64,000 nucleotides of DNA, taken from positions 540,301 to 604,300 of the forward strand of contig CAWGJW010000004.1 of assembly GCA_963823015.1 (NCBI GenBank), written 5' to 3'. A program made the translations under genes and the position numbers. The notes below the pieces were generated by a model. That model was not told the DNA's origin and did no database searches. It saw nothing but the letters and a program-made list of their open reading frames with translations. Shown piece by piece: positions 49,273-59,419 of the stretch (within the stretch, counting starts at the first letter, position 1; each line of letters starts with the position of its first letter). The DNA comes from an uncultured Actinomycetota bacterium (GTDB taxonomy: Bacteria > Actinomycetota > Actinomycetes > Actinomycetales > Demequinaceae).

Positions 49273-51068
49273 CTAGGCGCCGGTCCGGGTGTCGACATAC
49301 AGCTCGTCGATGTCCGCGGCGAAGTCCGCGAGCACCTTGGCCCGCTTGACCTTCAGCGACGGCGTCAGGTAGCCGTTCAGCACCGTGAAGTCGTCCGGGA
49401 GGATGCGAATCTTGCGGATGGACTCCGCCCGCGAGACCGCCCTGTTGGCGCGCTCCACGGCCTGGTCGAGCGCGGCGAGAACGGCGGGGCTCTTCGCGGC
49501 CTCGGCGACCGTCATCTCGGGGTGCCCTTGCGCCGTGAGCCAGCCGGGGAGCGCGTCCGCGTCGAGCGTGACGAGCGCGCCGATGAACGGCCTGCCGTCG
49601 CCCACGACCACGCACTGGCTGATGACCGGGTGCGAGCGGACGCGATCCTCGAGCATCGCCGGCGCGACGTTCTTGCCGCCCGCCGTCACGATGATCTCCT
49701 TCTTGCGGCCCGTGATCGTGAGGTAGCCGTCCTCGTCCTGGTGCCCGATGTCGCCGGTGTGGAACCAGCCGTCCTTCATCGCGGCCGCGGTCGCCTCGGG
49801 GTTGTGGTGGTAGCCCTCGAAGAGCGTGTCGCCGCGCAGCAGGATCTCGCCGTCGTCCGCGATCTTCACCTCGATGCCGGGAAGGGGCGGCCCGACGGTG
49901 CCGATCTTCACCTCGTCCCCTTGTTGACGTGTGAGGCGGCGTTGGTCTCGGTGAGGCCGTACCCCTCGAGCACGACGACGCCGAGCCCGCGGTAGAAGTG
50001 GCCTAGGCGGGCGCCGAGGGGCGCGGACCCGGAGATGGCCCACGTCGCGTTGCCGCCGAGCGCCGCGTAGATCTTGTTCAGTACCAGCGCCTTGGCGATC
50101 CGGTGCTTCAGCGCGAGGCCCGTCGAGGGGCCGTCCGGGGTGTCGAGGGCCTTCGAGTATTCGATCGCCTGCTTGGCGGCCCACCGGAAGATCTTGACCT
50201 TGCCGCCCGCGGCCGCCTTCTGCTCGGCGCCGTTGTAGACCTTCTCGAACACGCGCGGCACGGCGAGGATGAGCGTCGGCTTGAACGACTCGAGCATCGG
50301 CAGGACCTTGGTCGCGTCCGGGCAGAAGCCGATCGCGACGCCCGACGCCGCGAGCACCACCTCGACGAGCCGCGCGAGCGAGTGCGCGAGCGTCAGGAAC
50401 AGGACCGTCGACGCGCCCTCCTCGAAGAGGACCTCCGGGATCTGCTCCTGGATGCCCGCGACGTGGCGCACGTAGTTGAAGTGCGTCAGGCGCACGCCCT
50501 TGGGGCGGCCGGTCGTGCCCGACGTGTAGATGATCGTGGCGAGGTCGTCCGGCTCGCGGGCCTTGCGGCGCGCGAGCTCGTCGTCGCTGACGGCGGCGCC
50601 CGCCTTGACGAGCTCCGGCAGCGCCCGGTGGTCGATGCAAAGGATTCGCGCAGCGGCGACTGGCCCTTGCGCGACCTGCTCGGCCAGCGCGGCGTGCTCG
50701 TCGGTCTCGACAAAGAGCAAGCTTGATCTCCGCGTCGGACGTGATCCAGTCGATCTGCTGGACGGACGACGTGTCGTAGATCGGGACGGGGATCGCGCCC
50801 GCCGACCAGATCGCGAAGTCGAGGATCGTCCACTCGAAGCGGGTGCGGGACATGATGCCCACGCGGTCGCCGGGCGCGACGCCGCGCGCGATGAGTCCCT
50901 TGGCCACGGCGTCGACGTCGTCCTTGGCCTCCGCGCCGGTCACGTCGTCCATTGGTCCGGTCGGTGGGCTCCGCGTGCGAGATCACGACGCGGTCCGCGT
51001 ATTCCGTCCAGGATCGGTCGAGCGACACTGATGTTCGGGGCGAGGGATTTCTTCTCCCGTGCGTCCAT
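49273..51068 (-). pseudogene. fadD: long-chain fatty-acid--CoA ligase (AMP-forming); about 4 frame switches
   Basis: The AMP-binding motif IIYTSGTTGRPKGV and the C-terminal GWFHTGDIG..GRKKEIIVTAGGKNV are present. The switches lie near 51025, 50955, 50722 and 49918, the last in a G-run. GGAGG lies upstream of the ATG at 51068. Confidence 0.85.
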
Positions 51069-51148
51069 GGTGCCTCCATTGGCATCGGCCGTGTAGGAGG
51101 TCACGATACTCTGTGGAGGCTTGTGGAGGACAGTACGGAAGGAACGGT

Positions 51149-52109
51149 ATGCACGCCGTCGGAGTCGACATCGGGGGCACCAAGATCGCCGTCGGCGTGG
51201 TCGACGACGAGGGCGCGATCGTCGCGAAGGCCCGCCGCCCCACGTAGCCCAAGACGCCGACGAGCATCGACCCGGCCATCGCCGACGCGTCGCCGAATTC
51301 GCGATGGACTACGAGTTCGACGCGGTCGGGCTCGCCGCGGCAGGCTTCGCCAGCTCGGACCGCAAACACATGATCTTCGGCCCCAACATTCGCGTGGCGC
51401 GACTACCCGCTCGGCCGAGAAGGTCGCGCGCGCTGATCGACGGCGACGTCACGGTCGTGGTCGAGAACGACGCGAACGCCGCGGGGTGGGCGGAGTACGT
51501 TACGGCGCCGCGCGCGACGCCAGGAACATGGTCATGCTGACGCATCGGCACGGGCCTGGGGGCCGCGATGGTCGTTGAGGGCGAGCTGGTGCGCGGGGCC
51601 TACGGATTCGCCGCGGAACTTGGTCACGTGCGCATGGTTCCCGACGGTCACCTTGCGGCTGCGGGCAGCGCGGCTGCTGGGAGCAGTATGCCTCCGGGTC
51701 GGCGCTCGCCCGCGAGGCTCGGCGCGCGGCGGTCGAGAACCCTGAGCGCGCCGCGGCTCTTGGAGCGCGCGGGGGGGACGCCCGGGGCGATCACGGGCCC
51801 GCACGTCACCGCGGCCGCGATGGAGGGCGACGAGCTCGCGATCGAGCTGCTCGCGGACCTCGGACGCTGGATCGGCGAGGGCTGCGCGTCGATCGCCGCC
51901 GTGCTTGATCCCGAGGTGTTTGTCATCGGGGGAGGCGTGATTGCCGCCGGCGATCTTATGCTCGGGCCGGCCCGCGAGGCGTTCGAGGCGCCCTGCCCGC
52001 CGCGGGCTACCGGCCGATCGCCCCGATTCTTGCGGCCGACATGGCGAACGATGCTGGGATCGTGGGCGCCGCCGCGCTCGCCGAGAGGCCGCCGCGCGAG
52101 GAGCGTTAG
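51149..52109 (+). pseudogene. glk: ROK-family glucokinase; about 8 frame switches plus an in-frame TAG
   Basis: GVDIGGTKIAVGVVD, VENDANAAGWAEY, GTGLGGAMVVEGELVRG and the CGCGQRGCWEQYASG zinc motif are recoverable only by frame hopping. The in-frame TAG is at 51245-51247. Confidence 0.8.
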
Positions 52110-52141
52110 CCTCGGGACGTCCGGCAGGAAGAGGAGGCGAG

Positions 52142-52876
52142 GTGTACTACCAGCTCTTCAAGCACGTGCTGCTCGGCCCTGGCCTCAAGGTGTCTACCGG
52201 CCGTGGTCGGAGGGGCTTGAAGAACATCCCGGAGAACGGCGCCGCGATCCTCGCGTCGCAATCACCTGTCGTTCTCGGACTCGATCTTCCTGCCGCTCGT
52301 GCTGAAGCGCAAGGTCGTGTTCCTCGGCAAGGCCGAGTACTTCACCGGCAAGGGGGTCAAGGGGTACGCGACCCGCGCCTTCATGCAAGGCGTGGGCACC
52401 ATCCCCGTCCACCGTGGCGGGGGAGCGCTTCGAGGCGGCGCTGCGTACGGGCATGCAGGTGCTCGCGAACGGCGAGCTGCTCGGCATCTACCCCGAGGGC
52501 ACGCGCAGCCCCGATGGCCGCCTGTACCGCGGCAAGACGGGCGTGGCGCGCATGGCGATCGAGGCGGGCGTGCCCGTCATGCCCGTCGCGATGATCGGCA
52601 CGGACGTGGCGCAGCCCGTCGGTCAGAAGGTTCCCACCCGCGACCAGACTGGGGTGCAGATCGGCAAGCCCATGACATCACCGAGTTCGCGGGCGCCAGG
52701 AGGACCGCGAGGCGCTCCGCGAACTCACCGACCGCGTCATGCGCGCCATCCAGGAGCTCTCTGGCCAGGAGTACGTCGACCGGGACGCCGGCCAGTACAA
52801 GCGGGAGATGGAACGGGAGCGCGGGGGGAGTATCCCGGGGCGATGGGGGAGTAAGGTCCCGACCGCGCCGCCCTAG
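52142..52876 (+). pseudogene. plsC: 1-acyl-sn-glycerol-3-phosphate acyltransferase; about 6 frame switches
   Basis: The NHLSFSDS (HX4D) and IYPEGTRS motifs are present but lie in different frames. The switches lie near 52193, 52218, 52258, 52412, 52672 and 52697. Confidence 0.8.
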
Positions 52877-52914
52877 AATGGGCGGGAAAACCCTCATCAT
52901 CTGAAAGGTTGCTC

Positions 52915-54135
52915 ATGTCCGTTCGTCGTGTCGCGCTGCTCACCGCCGGCGGCTTTGCCCCCTGCCTGTCCTCCGCCGTCGGCGGCCTCATCGGCCGCTA
53001 CACCGAGGTGGCGCCCGAGGTGGAGATCATCGCGTACGAGCACGGCTACTGGGGCCTGCTGCGCGGCAAGACTCCATCGACGTGACCGACGACGTGCGCG
53101 AGAAGGCGGGCGTGCTCCACGAGTTCGGGGGCTCGCCCATCGGCAACTCGCGCGTCAAGCTCACCAACGCCGCGGACTGCGTCAAGCGCGGCCTGGTCAA
53201 GGAGGGCGAGGACCCGCTCGCGGTCGCCGCCGAGCAGCTGAAGAAGGACAGCGTCGACGTGCTCCACACGATCGGCGGCGACGACACGAACACGACCGCG
53301 GCGGACCTCGCGGCGTACCTGGAGAGAACGACTACGACCTCACGGTCGTCGGCCTGCCCAAGACGATCGACAACGACATCGTCCCGATCAAGCAGTCGCT
53401 CGGCGCGTGGAGCGCGGCCGAGCAGGCGTCGGTCTTCGCGCAGAACGTCATCGGCGAGCACCGCTCCGGCCCGCGCATGCTCATCGTCCACGAGGTCATG
53501 GGCCGCGCGTGCGGCTGGCTGACCGCCGCGTCCGCGATGAAGTACCGCGAGTGGCTCGACACGCTCGAGTGCGTGCCGGACATCGGGCTCAGCGCGCGAG
53601 CGCTGGGACATTCACGCGCTGTACGTCCCCGAGGCGTCGATCGACCTCGACGCCGAGGCCGAACGCCTCAAGGAGGTCATGGACACGGTGGGCAACGTCA
53701 ACATCTTCCTGTCCGAGGGCGCGGGCGTGCCCGAGATCATCAAGGAGATCGAGGAGGCGGGCGAGGAGGTCAAGCGGGACCCGTTCGGCCACGTCATGCT
53801 CGACACGATCAACCCCGGCAACTGGTTCGCGCAGCAGTTCGCCGACCGCATCGGCGCCGAGAAGGTGATGGTCCAGAAGTCGGGCTACTTCTCCCGCTCG
53901 GCCCGCGCGAACGCGCAGGATCTGCGCCTCATCAAGTCGATGACGGACTTCGCGGTCGAGTGCGCCATGCGCGGCGAGGCCGGCGTGGTCGGCCACGACG
54001 AGGAGGACGGCGGCCGCCTCAAGGCGATCGCGTTCCCGCGCATCGCCGGCCACAAGCCCTTCGACACGTCCACGGCGTGGTACACCGAGATCCTGGCGGA
54101 CATCGGGCAGCCGACGACCACCGAGGAGGAGTTGA
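52915..54135 (+). pseudogene. pfp: pyrophosphate-dependent 6-phosphofructokinase (long Pfp type); 3-4 frame switches, 3' end uncertain
   Basis: ALLTAGGFAPCLSS, IGGDDTNTTAADLAAYL, GLPKTIDNDI and MVQKSGYFSRSA are present, and the protein is colinear with Propionibacterium-type Pfp. The switches lie near 53075, 53325 and 53600. The natural stop appears lost, so the ORF runs into aroG. Confidence 0.82.
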
Positions 54136-55460
54136 GGCCGCCGGGGTCGACGGCTACCTCGCGTGCGAGGCGAGGCAGCAGCCGAACTGGCCGGACGCCG
54201 ACGCGCTCGCGGCCGCGGTCGCGCAGCTGCGCAGAAGCCGCCGCTCGTGTTCGCGGGCGAGGCCGACGTGCTGCGCGGTCACCTCGCGGCCGCGGGCGGG
54301 GCGAGGCGTTCGTCCTGCAGGGCGGCGACTGCGCCGAGATCTTCTCCGAGGCGACGGCGGACCGGATCCGCAACAAGATCAAGACGATCCTGCAGATGGC
54401 GGTCATCCTCACGTACGGCGCGACCACGCCCGTCGTCAAGATCGGCCGCATGGCCGGTCAGTACGCCAAGCCGCGGTCCTCCGACATGGAGACGCGCGAC
54501 GGCGTGACGCTTCCCGCGTACCGCGGCGACATCGTCAACCTCATCGGCTTCACGGAGGAGGAGCGCATGCCGAACCCGCAGCGGCTCGTCGACGCGTACC
54601 ACGTGTCCGCGTCGACCCTCAATCTCATCAGGGCGTTCACGCACGGTGGTTTCGCGGACCTGCGCCGCGTCCACCAGTGGAACAGGGGCTTCGCGGGCAA
54701 CCCCGCGTACGCGGCGTACGACAAGGTGGCGGGCGAGATCGACCGCGCCGTGCGCTTCATGGGGGCCGCGGGCGGCGACTTCGAGGCGCTCAAGACCGTC
54801 GAGTTCTTCTCGAGCCACGAGGCGCTGCTGCTCGACTACGAGCGCGCGCTCACGCGCATCGACTCGCGCTCGGGCGAGCCGTACGACTGCTCGGGGCACT
54901 TCCTGTGGATCGGCGAGCGCACGCGCCAGCTCGACGGCGCGCACGTCGAGTTCATGTCGAAGATCCACAACCCCATCGGCGTGAAGCTCGGCCCCACCAC
55001 GGCGGCCGAGGACGCGCTCGCGCTGACCGACCGCCTCAACCCCGACAACATCCCTGGTCGCCTGACGTTCGTGGCGCGCATGGGTGCGGACAAGGTGCGC
55101 GACGTGCTCCCGCCGGTTGTCGAGGGGGTGCGCGACGCGGGCGCGACGGTCACGTGGCTCACGGACCCGATGCACGGCAACACGTTCACGTCGGAATCCG
55201 GCTACAAGACGCGTCGCTTCGAGACGATCCTGGACGAGGTCAAGGGCTTCTTCGAGGTGCACCGCGCCCTGGGGACCGTGCCCGGCGGCATCCACGTGGA
55301 GCTCACGGGCGACGACGTCACCGAGGTCATGGGCGGCACCGCGGAGATCGACGACGAGGGGCTTGCCGCGCGCTACGAGACCAAGGTGGACCCGCGGCTC
55401 AACCACCAGCAGTCGCTCGAGTTGGCGTTCCTGGTGTCGGAGTTGCTGCAGCGGGGTTAG
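54132..55460 (+). pseudogene. aroG: class II 3-deoxy-7-phosphoheptulonate (DAHP) synthase; 2-3 frame switches confined to the first about 170 nt
   Basis: From GEAFVLQGGDCAE (about 54300) to the stop, the ORF is intact and typical of class II DAHPS. The N-terminal QQPNWPD.. and KPPLVFAGEADVLR segments lie in the two other frames. The start codon is not resolved. Confidence 0.82.
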
Positions 55461-55553
55461 CCGGGCGCGGTCGTGGCGCCGAGCCGCTTTCGGAAACGGA
55501 ACCCGTTTCGCCTTCTCGCGTCCGTGGGAGGAGCCGCGCCGCTCTCCCGGCGT

Positions 55554-55608
55554 CCTGCGAGTGCATGAGTGCTCATTTCCGGCCGAAACCGGCACTCATG
55601 TCCTCGCA
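55554..55608. repeat. 55-nt palindromic repeat, copy a
   Basis: cctgcgagtgcatgagtgctcatttccggccgaaaccggcactcatgtcctcgca, in which catgagtgc pairs with gcactcatg. Confidence 0.75.
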
Positions 55609-55689
55609 CCGCGCCGCAGGTGATGGTGGCGCGGGCCGATTCGCCTTCGACGAGCCCTGATTCGGTGCGGCATCGCACGCCCTCCGCGC

Positions 55690-55744
55690 CCTGCGAGTGC
55701 ATGAGTGCTCGTTTCCGGCCGAAACCGGCACTCATGTCCTCGCA
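55690..55744. repeat. 55-nt palindromic repeat, copy b
   Basis: Identical to copy a except for one a/g difference. It is a direct repeat 136 nt downstream. Confidence 0.75.
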
Positions 55745-55789
55745 GCGCGCTGGTGGTGCGGGGCTAGCAGGGCGCGGTCGCGGCGTCGG

Positions 55790-57733
55790 CTAGCAGTACT
55801 CGAGGTTGATCGTCGTTCCGACCTCGACCTGCGTGTTCGGTTGGAGATCCTGGCCCCGAATGCTCGATCCGAAGCACCAAAGATGTTGTTTCGTGACCTT
55901 CGGATTCAGACCAAGCGCTTCGGCGTCATGCTTCGCGACGTCCACGTCTCTGAACGTGAAGTCGGGAACCGTCACGAGCGGCTTGCCGTCGCTCACCCAG
56001 ATCGTCATCTGCTGCGCGCGGAACCCCGCCGAATCTCCCGCCGGGTCCTGCTTGTAGATCTGCCCCTTGTCGACCTTGAGGGTCCGCCCGTGCTCGACGG
56101 CCACGTCGAGGTTGTAGAACCCGAGCGTCTCCTTCGCGGTCTGGAGCGTCGACCCGATCACGTTCGGGATGGTGATGGGCTTCGGGCCGAGCGACACGAC
56201 GAGCGTGATGGTCGCGTTGTGGCGCGCCATCGTCCCCTGCTCGGGGTCGCTCGAGATCACCTCGTCCTTGGGAATCGTGTCGTCGTAGGTGGATTGGATC
56301 GTCGGTTCCGGGAAGGCGGCGTCGTCCAGGGCGAGCTTCGCGTCGGCCACGTCGATCCCGACGACGGTCGGCACGGCGACCATTAGCGGCCCCTTGGACA
56401 CGTTGACGACGACGGTGCCGCCCTTCGCGATCCGCTCGCCCGCCCCGGGCTGGGTGTTGACCACGCTTCCCACCGGCGCGGAGTCGTCGAACACCTCGCT
56501 CATCGAGACGGTGAAGCCGTCGTCCGCGAGCGTCGTCTGAGCGGCCGCGGCCTGGGCGCCGTTCACGGACGGCACCGACGTATACGCCCCGGGCCCGAAC
56601 GCCGTGTACCACCACACGCCCATCGCGACGAGCATCAGAGCCGCGGCGGCGAGCGCCCCCACCCACCACGCGAGGCGCGGCTTGGTCGGCCCCTCGTCCG
56701 TCAGCGGCTCGAGGTCGTCGCCCCACTCGTCCTCGTCGTCGTCCTCAAACGACTCGCCCAGGCCGATCGGCAGCGTCGCCGTCTGGCTCGTCGGCGGGCC
56801 CTCGAGCACGACGGTGGGATTGGTCCCCACGGGCAGGCCGCCGGTGCTCGACGGCGGATCCGCCTTGCGGGCGAGCGTCGGCTCGTCGATCATGCTGCGC
56901 GTCTGGCGCACGAGCGCGAGGGCCTCGTTCGCGTCCGAGGGACGGCGGCGCGGGTCGCGGTCCGCCATGCGCTCGATCAGCGCGTCGAACTCGGGCGGCA
57001 GCCACAGCACGTAGCTCGAGGGCGGCGGGACGTCCTCGTGCACGTGGCGGGACGCGACCTCGATCGCCGAGGGGCCGGTGAAGGGTTGGCGTCCCGTCAC
57101 CATCTCGTAGAGGAGTATCCCCATCGCGTAGACGTCGGTGCGGGCGTCGCTCACGCCCTTCGCGACGAGTTCCGGCCCCAGGTAGGCCACCGATCCGAGG
57201 ATCGTGCCCGTCGTCGTAGCCGTGACCTCCGTGACGGCGCGCGCGAGGCCGAAGTCGGCGAGCTTGGGCTCGCCCTCGGCGTCGAAGAGGACGTTCTCGG
57301 GCTTCACGTCGCGGTGGACGAGTCCGAGCCGGTGCGCGGCGCCGATGGATTCGAGGAGCCGTTCCGCGACGCGCAGGGCCTCGCCCAGCGCGAACGGGCC
57401 GTCGTACATGAGGCGTTGACGGAGGTTCGGCCCGTCGATGTACTCCATCGTCAGGTAGTTGATGTCGCCGTCCGTGCCCTGGTCGTAGACGCGAACCATC
57501 CCCGGGTGTGTGAGCTTCGCGGCCGCGCGGGCCTCGCGGCGGAAACGTGAGGCGAAGTCCGACGACTGCCCGATGAGTTCCGCGCTCATGACCTTGAGCG
57601 CGATGTCGCGGCCGAGCCTTTTGTCCGTGGCGCGATAGACCGCCGCCATGCCCCCGCGGGCGATGAGCTCGCGAATGACATACCGGCCGTCGATGACTCG
57701 CCCGACGAGCGGGTCAGTCAGGGTCTCGGACAC
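55790..57733 (-). CDS. Ser/Thr protein kinase with four C-terminal PASTA-like domains
   Basis: 647 aa with an intact Hanks kinase domain (GGMAAVY, ALKV, HRDVKPEN, DFGLA, APE), one TM helix, and four repeats of about 65 aa. Confidence 0.9.
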   Translation of the reverse strand: MSETLTDPLVGRVIDGRYVIRELIARGGMAAVYRATDKRLGRDIALKVMSAELIGQSSDFASRFRREARAAAKLTHPGMVRVYDQGTDGDINYLTMEYIDGPNLRQRLMYDGPFALGEALRVAERLLESIGAAHRLGLVHRDVKPENVLFDAEGEPKLADFGLARAVTEVTATTTGTILGSVAYLGPELVAKGVSDARTDVYAMGILLYEMVTGRQPFTGPSAIEVASRHVHEDVPPPSSYVLWLPPEFDALIERMADRDPRRRPSDANEALALVRQTRSMIDEPTLARKADPPSSTGGLPVGTNPTVVLEGPPTSQTATLPIGLGESFEDDDEDEWGDDLEPLTDEGPTKPRLAWWVGALAAAALMLVAMGVWWYTAFGPGAYTSVPSVNGAQAAAAQTTLADDGFTVSMSEVFDDSAPVGSVVNTQPGAGERIAKGGTVVVNVSKGPLMVAVPTVVGIDVADAKLALDDAAFPEPTIQSTYDDTIPKDEVISSDPEQGTMARHNATITLVVSLGPKPITIPNVIGSTLQTAKETLGFYNLDVAVEHGRTLKVDKGQIYKQDPAGDSAGFRAQQMTIWVSDGKPLVTVPDFTFRDVDVAKHDAEALGLNPKVTKQHLWCFGSSIRGQDLQPNTQVEVGTTINLEYC

Positions 57734-57839
57734 GGTTTCATTGTATGGGTGGGTTCTCTCGGTCAGCCCTAGGCGGGCGGGAGTGACGAGCCGCGGCGCG
57801 GCTCGGGTGAGAGGCGCCGCTCGTTTGTACGCTTATCCC

Positions 57840-58190
57840 GTGAAGAACGACACCGGATGGCTCGCGGTTCCCGACGTGGCGGATCGACTCGGCGTCCCCG
57901 CGTCGCGCGTACGCGACCTCCTGCGCGAAAAGGCCCTCGTGGCCGTGCGCCGGGACGCGGACGGGCCGCTCGTGATCCCCGAATCCTTCCTGGTCGACGG
58001 CGACGACGGACCCGAGATCCTGCCGACCCTCCGCGGGACGCTCACGCTTCTCTTCGACGCCGGATTCGACGACGACGGCGCGATGGCCTGGCTGCTCGCG
58101 TCGAACGACGAACTCGGGGCGTCCCCCGTCGACGAGCTTCGCGCCGGCCGACGGGCGGGCGTGAGGAGGGCGGCGCAGGCGCTGTTCTAG
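57840..58190 (+). CDS. Rv2175c-like DNA-binding protein
   Basis: 116 aa (WLAVPDVADRLGVPASRVRDLLREKALVAV..). It is divergent from the kinase, as with pknL/Rv2175c in M. tuberculosis. The GTG start was chosen by me. Confidence 0.6.
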   Translation: MKNDTGWLAVPDVADRLGVPASRVRDLLREKALVAVRRDADGPLVIPESFLVDGDDGPEILPTLRGTLTLLFDAGFDDDGAMAWLLASNDELGASPVDELRAGRRAGVRRAAQALF

Positions 58191-58228
58191 CGGCTCGCGG
58201 GTTGCCGGTCGCGGCTCGCGGGTTGCGG

Positions 58229-59299
58229 CTAGCGGTCGCGGACGACGGCGTCCGCGGCGATCGCGTCGAGCACCCTCGCGTACGGCGGGACGAGGCCGAG
58301 CCCGGCCAGGTCGGCGCGGGCGCGCTTCGCGGTCGTCGCGATCTCCAGCTCGACCTGCTCGATCGCGCCGGTTTTCACGATCGCCTTCGTCGCCGCCTTC
58401 ACGTCCGCGGCGGACGCCTCGCGAACGCCGAGGGCGCGCCGGATCGCCGCCTTCCCGCCGTCGTCCGACTGCGTCCACGCGAGGTAGACGACGAGCGTGC
58501 GCTTGCCCTCGCGGAGGTCGTCGCCGGACGGCTTTCCCGTCGCCTCGGTGCCGACGAGCCCCAGCAGGTCGTCGCGCAACTGGAACGCGATGCCGAGCGG
58601 CACGCCGATCGCCCGGATCGCCGCGATCTCCTCGTCGGGCGCCCCCGCGACCGCCGCGCCCAACGCCAGCGGGCCCTCGCACGTGTACGACGCCGTCTTC
58701 GACCGCATCGTCGCCCGGATGTCCGCCTCCTGCGACGGGAGGTCGTCGACCGGCTGGACGGCGGTGCTCATGTCGAGGTACTGCCCGGCCGTCACGAGGT
58801 CGGACATCTCGAGGAACAGGCGGACCACGCGCTCCCGCCACTCCTCCGGCAGGCGGCTCGACGCCGTCTGCAGGGCCCGCGTCGCGGCCATGAGGGCAAG
58901 GTCGCCCGCGAGGATCGCCCCGGCGCGTCCGAAGGCGTCCGCGTCGCCCTGCCACTCGCGTTTCCCGTGGAGGGTGCCGAGCGCGCGGTGCGCGGCGGGG
59001 TGGCCTCGCCGCGTGTCGGAATCGTCGAGGACGTCGTCGTGCAGCAGCGCGGCGGAGTGGAAGAGCTCGAGGGCCGCGCCGAGGGACACGGCGGCGCCGT
59101 GGTGCGAGCCCGAGTGGGCGTGGTGCGAGGCGATCAGGGTGGCGGAGCGGACGCGTTTGCCGCCGTCCGTCGCCCGCGCGATCACCTGGGTGAGGTCGTC
59201 CCCGGCGGATCCGGTGGGGAGGATCGACGCCGCGAGCTCGGCGAGGGTCGCGAGGATGGCCCGGTCGACCTCGTCGCGCCACTTGTCCGGCTCGTTCAC
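58229..59299 (-). CDS. polyprenyl (geranylgeranyl) diphosphate synthase family protein
   Basis: 356 aa with the first DDxxD motif (LLHDDVLDDSD) and the second (FQLRDDLLG). Confidence 0.88.
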   Translation of the reverse strand: MNEPDKWRDEVDRAILATLAELAASILPTGSAGDDLTQVIARATDGGKRVRSATLIASHHAHSGSHHGAAVSLGAALELFHSAALLHDDVLDDSDTRRGHPAAHRALGTLHGKREWQGDADAFGRAGAILAGDLALMAATRALQTASSRLPEEWRERVVRLFLEMSDLVTAGQYLDMSTAVQPVDDLPSQEADIRATMRSKTASYTCEGPLALGAAVAGAPDEEIAAIRAIGVPLGIAFQLRDDLLGLVGTEATGKPSGDDLREGKRTLVVYLAWTQSDDGGKAAIRRALGVREASAADVKAATKAIVKTGAIEQVELEIATTAKRARADLAGLGLVPPYARVLDAIAADAVVRDR

Positions 59300-59419
59300 G
59301 CCCCAAGCCTAGGGGTACGGCGGACCCATCCCGCGTCCCCAGGTCTCGCGGGGACGGAGCCGTGCACCGAATCGCGCGGGCCGCGACCCGGGCGCCGTCG
59401 TCTCGGACAGGCTCGACGC

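Noticed and set aside
41215-54300. Programmed ribosomal frameshifting or transcriptional slippage as the explanation for the many frame switches.
   Set aside because: There are about 50 events in both directions and in unrelated genes. I saw no shared slippery heptamer or downstream structure. This is incompatible with programmed recoding.
53679-55460. An apparent 593-aa Pfp-AroG fusion protein.
   Set aside because: The junction (about 54130-54300) is low-complexity off-frame sequence. The genuine AroG N-terminal segments lie in the other two frames. The fusion comes from lost stop and frame information in the indel-dense block.
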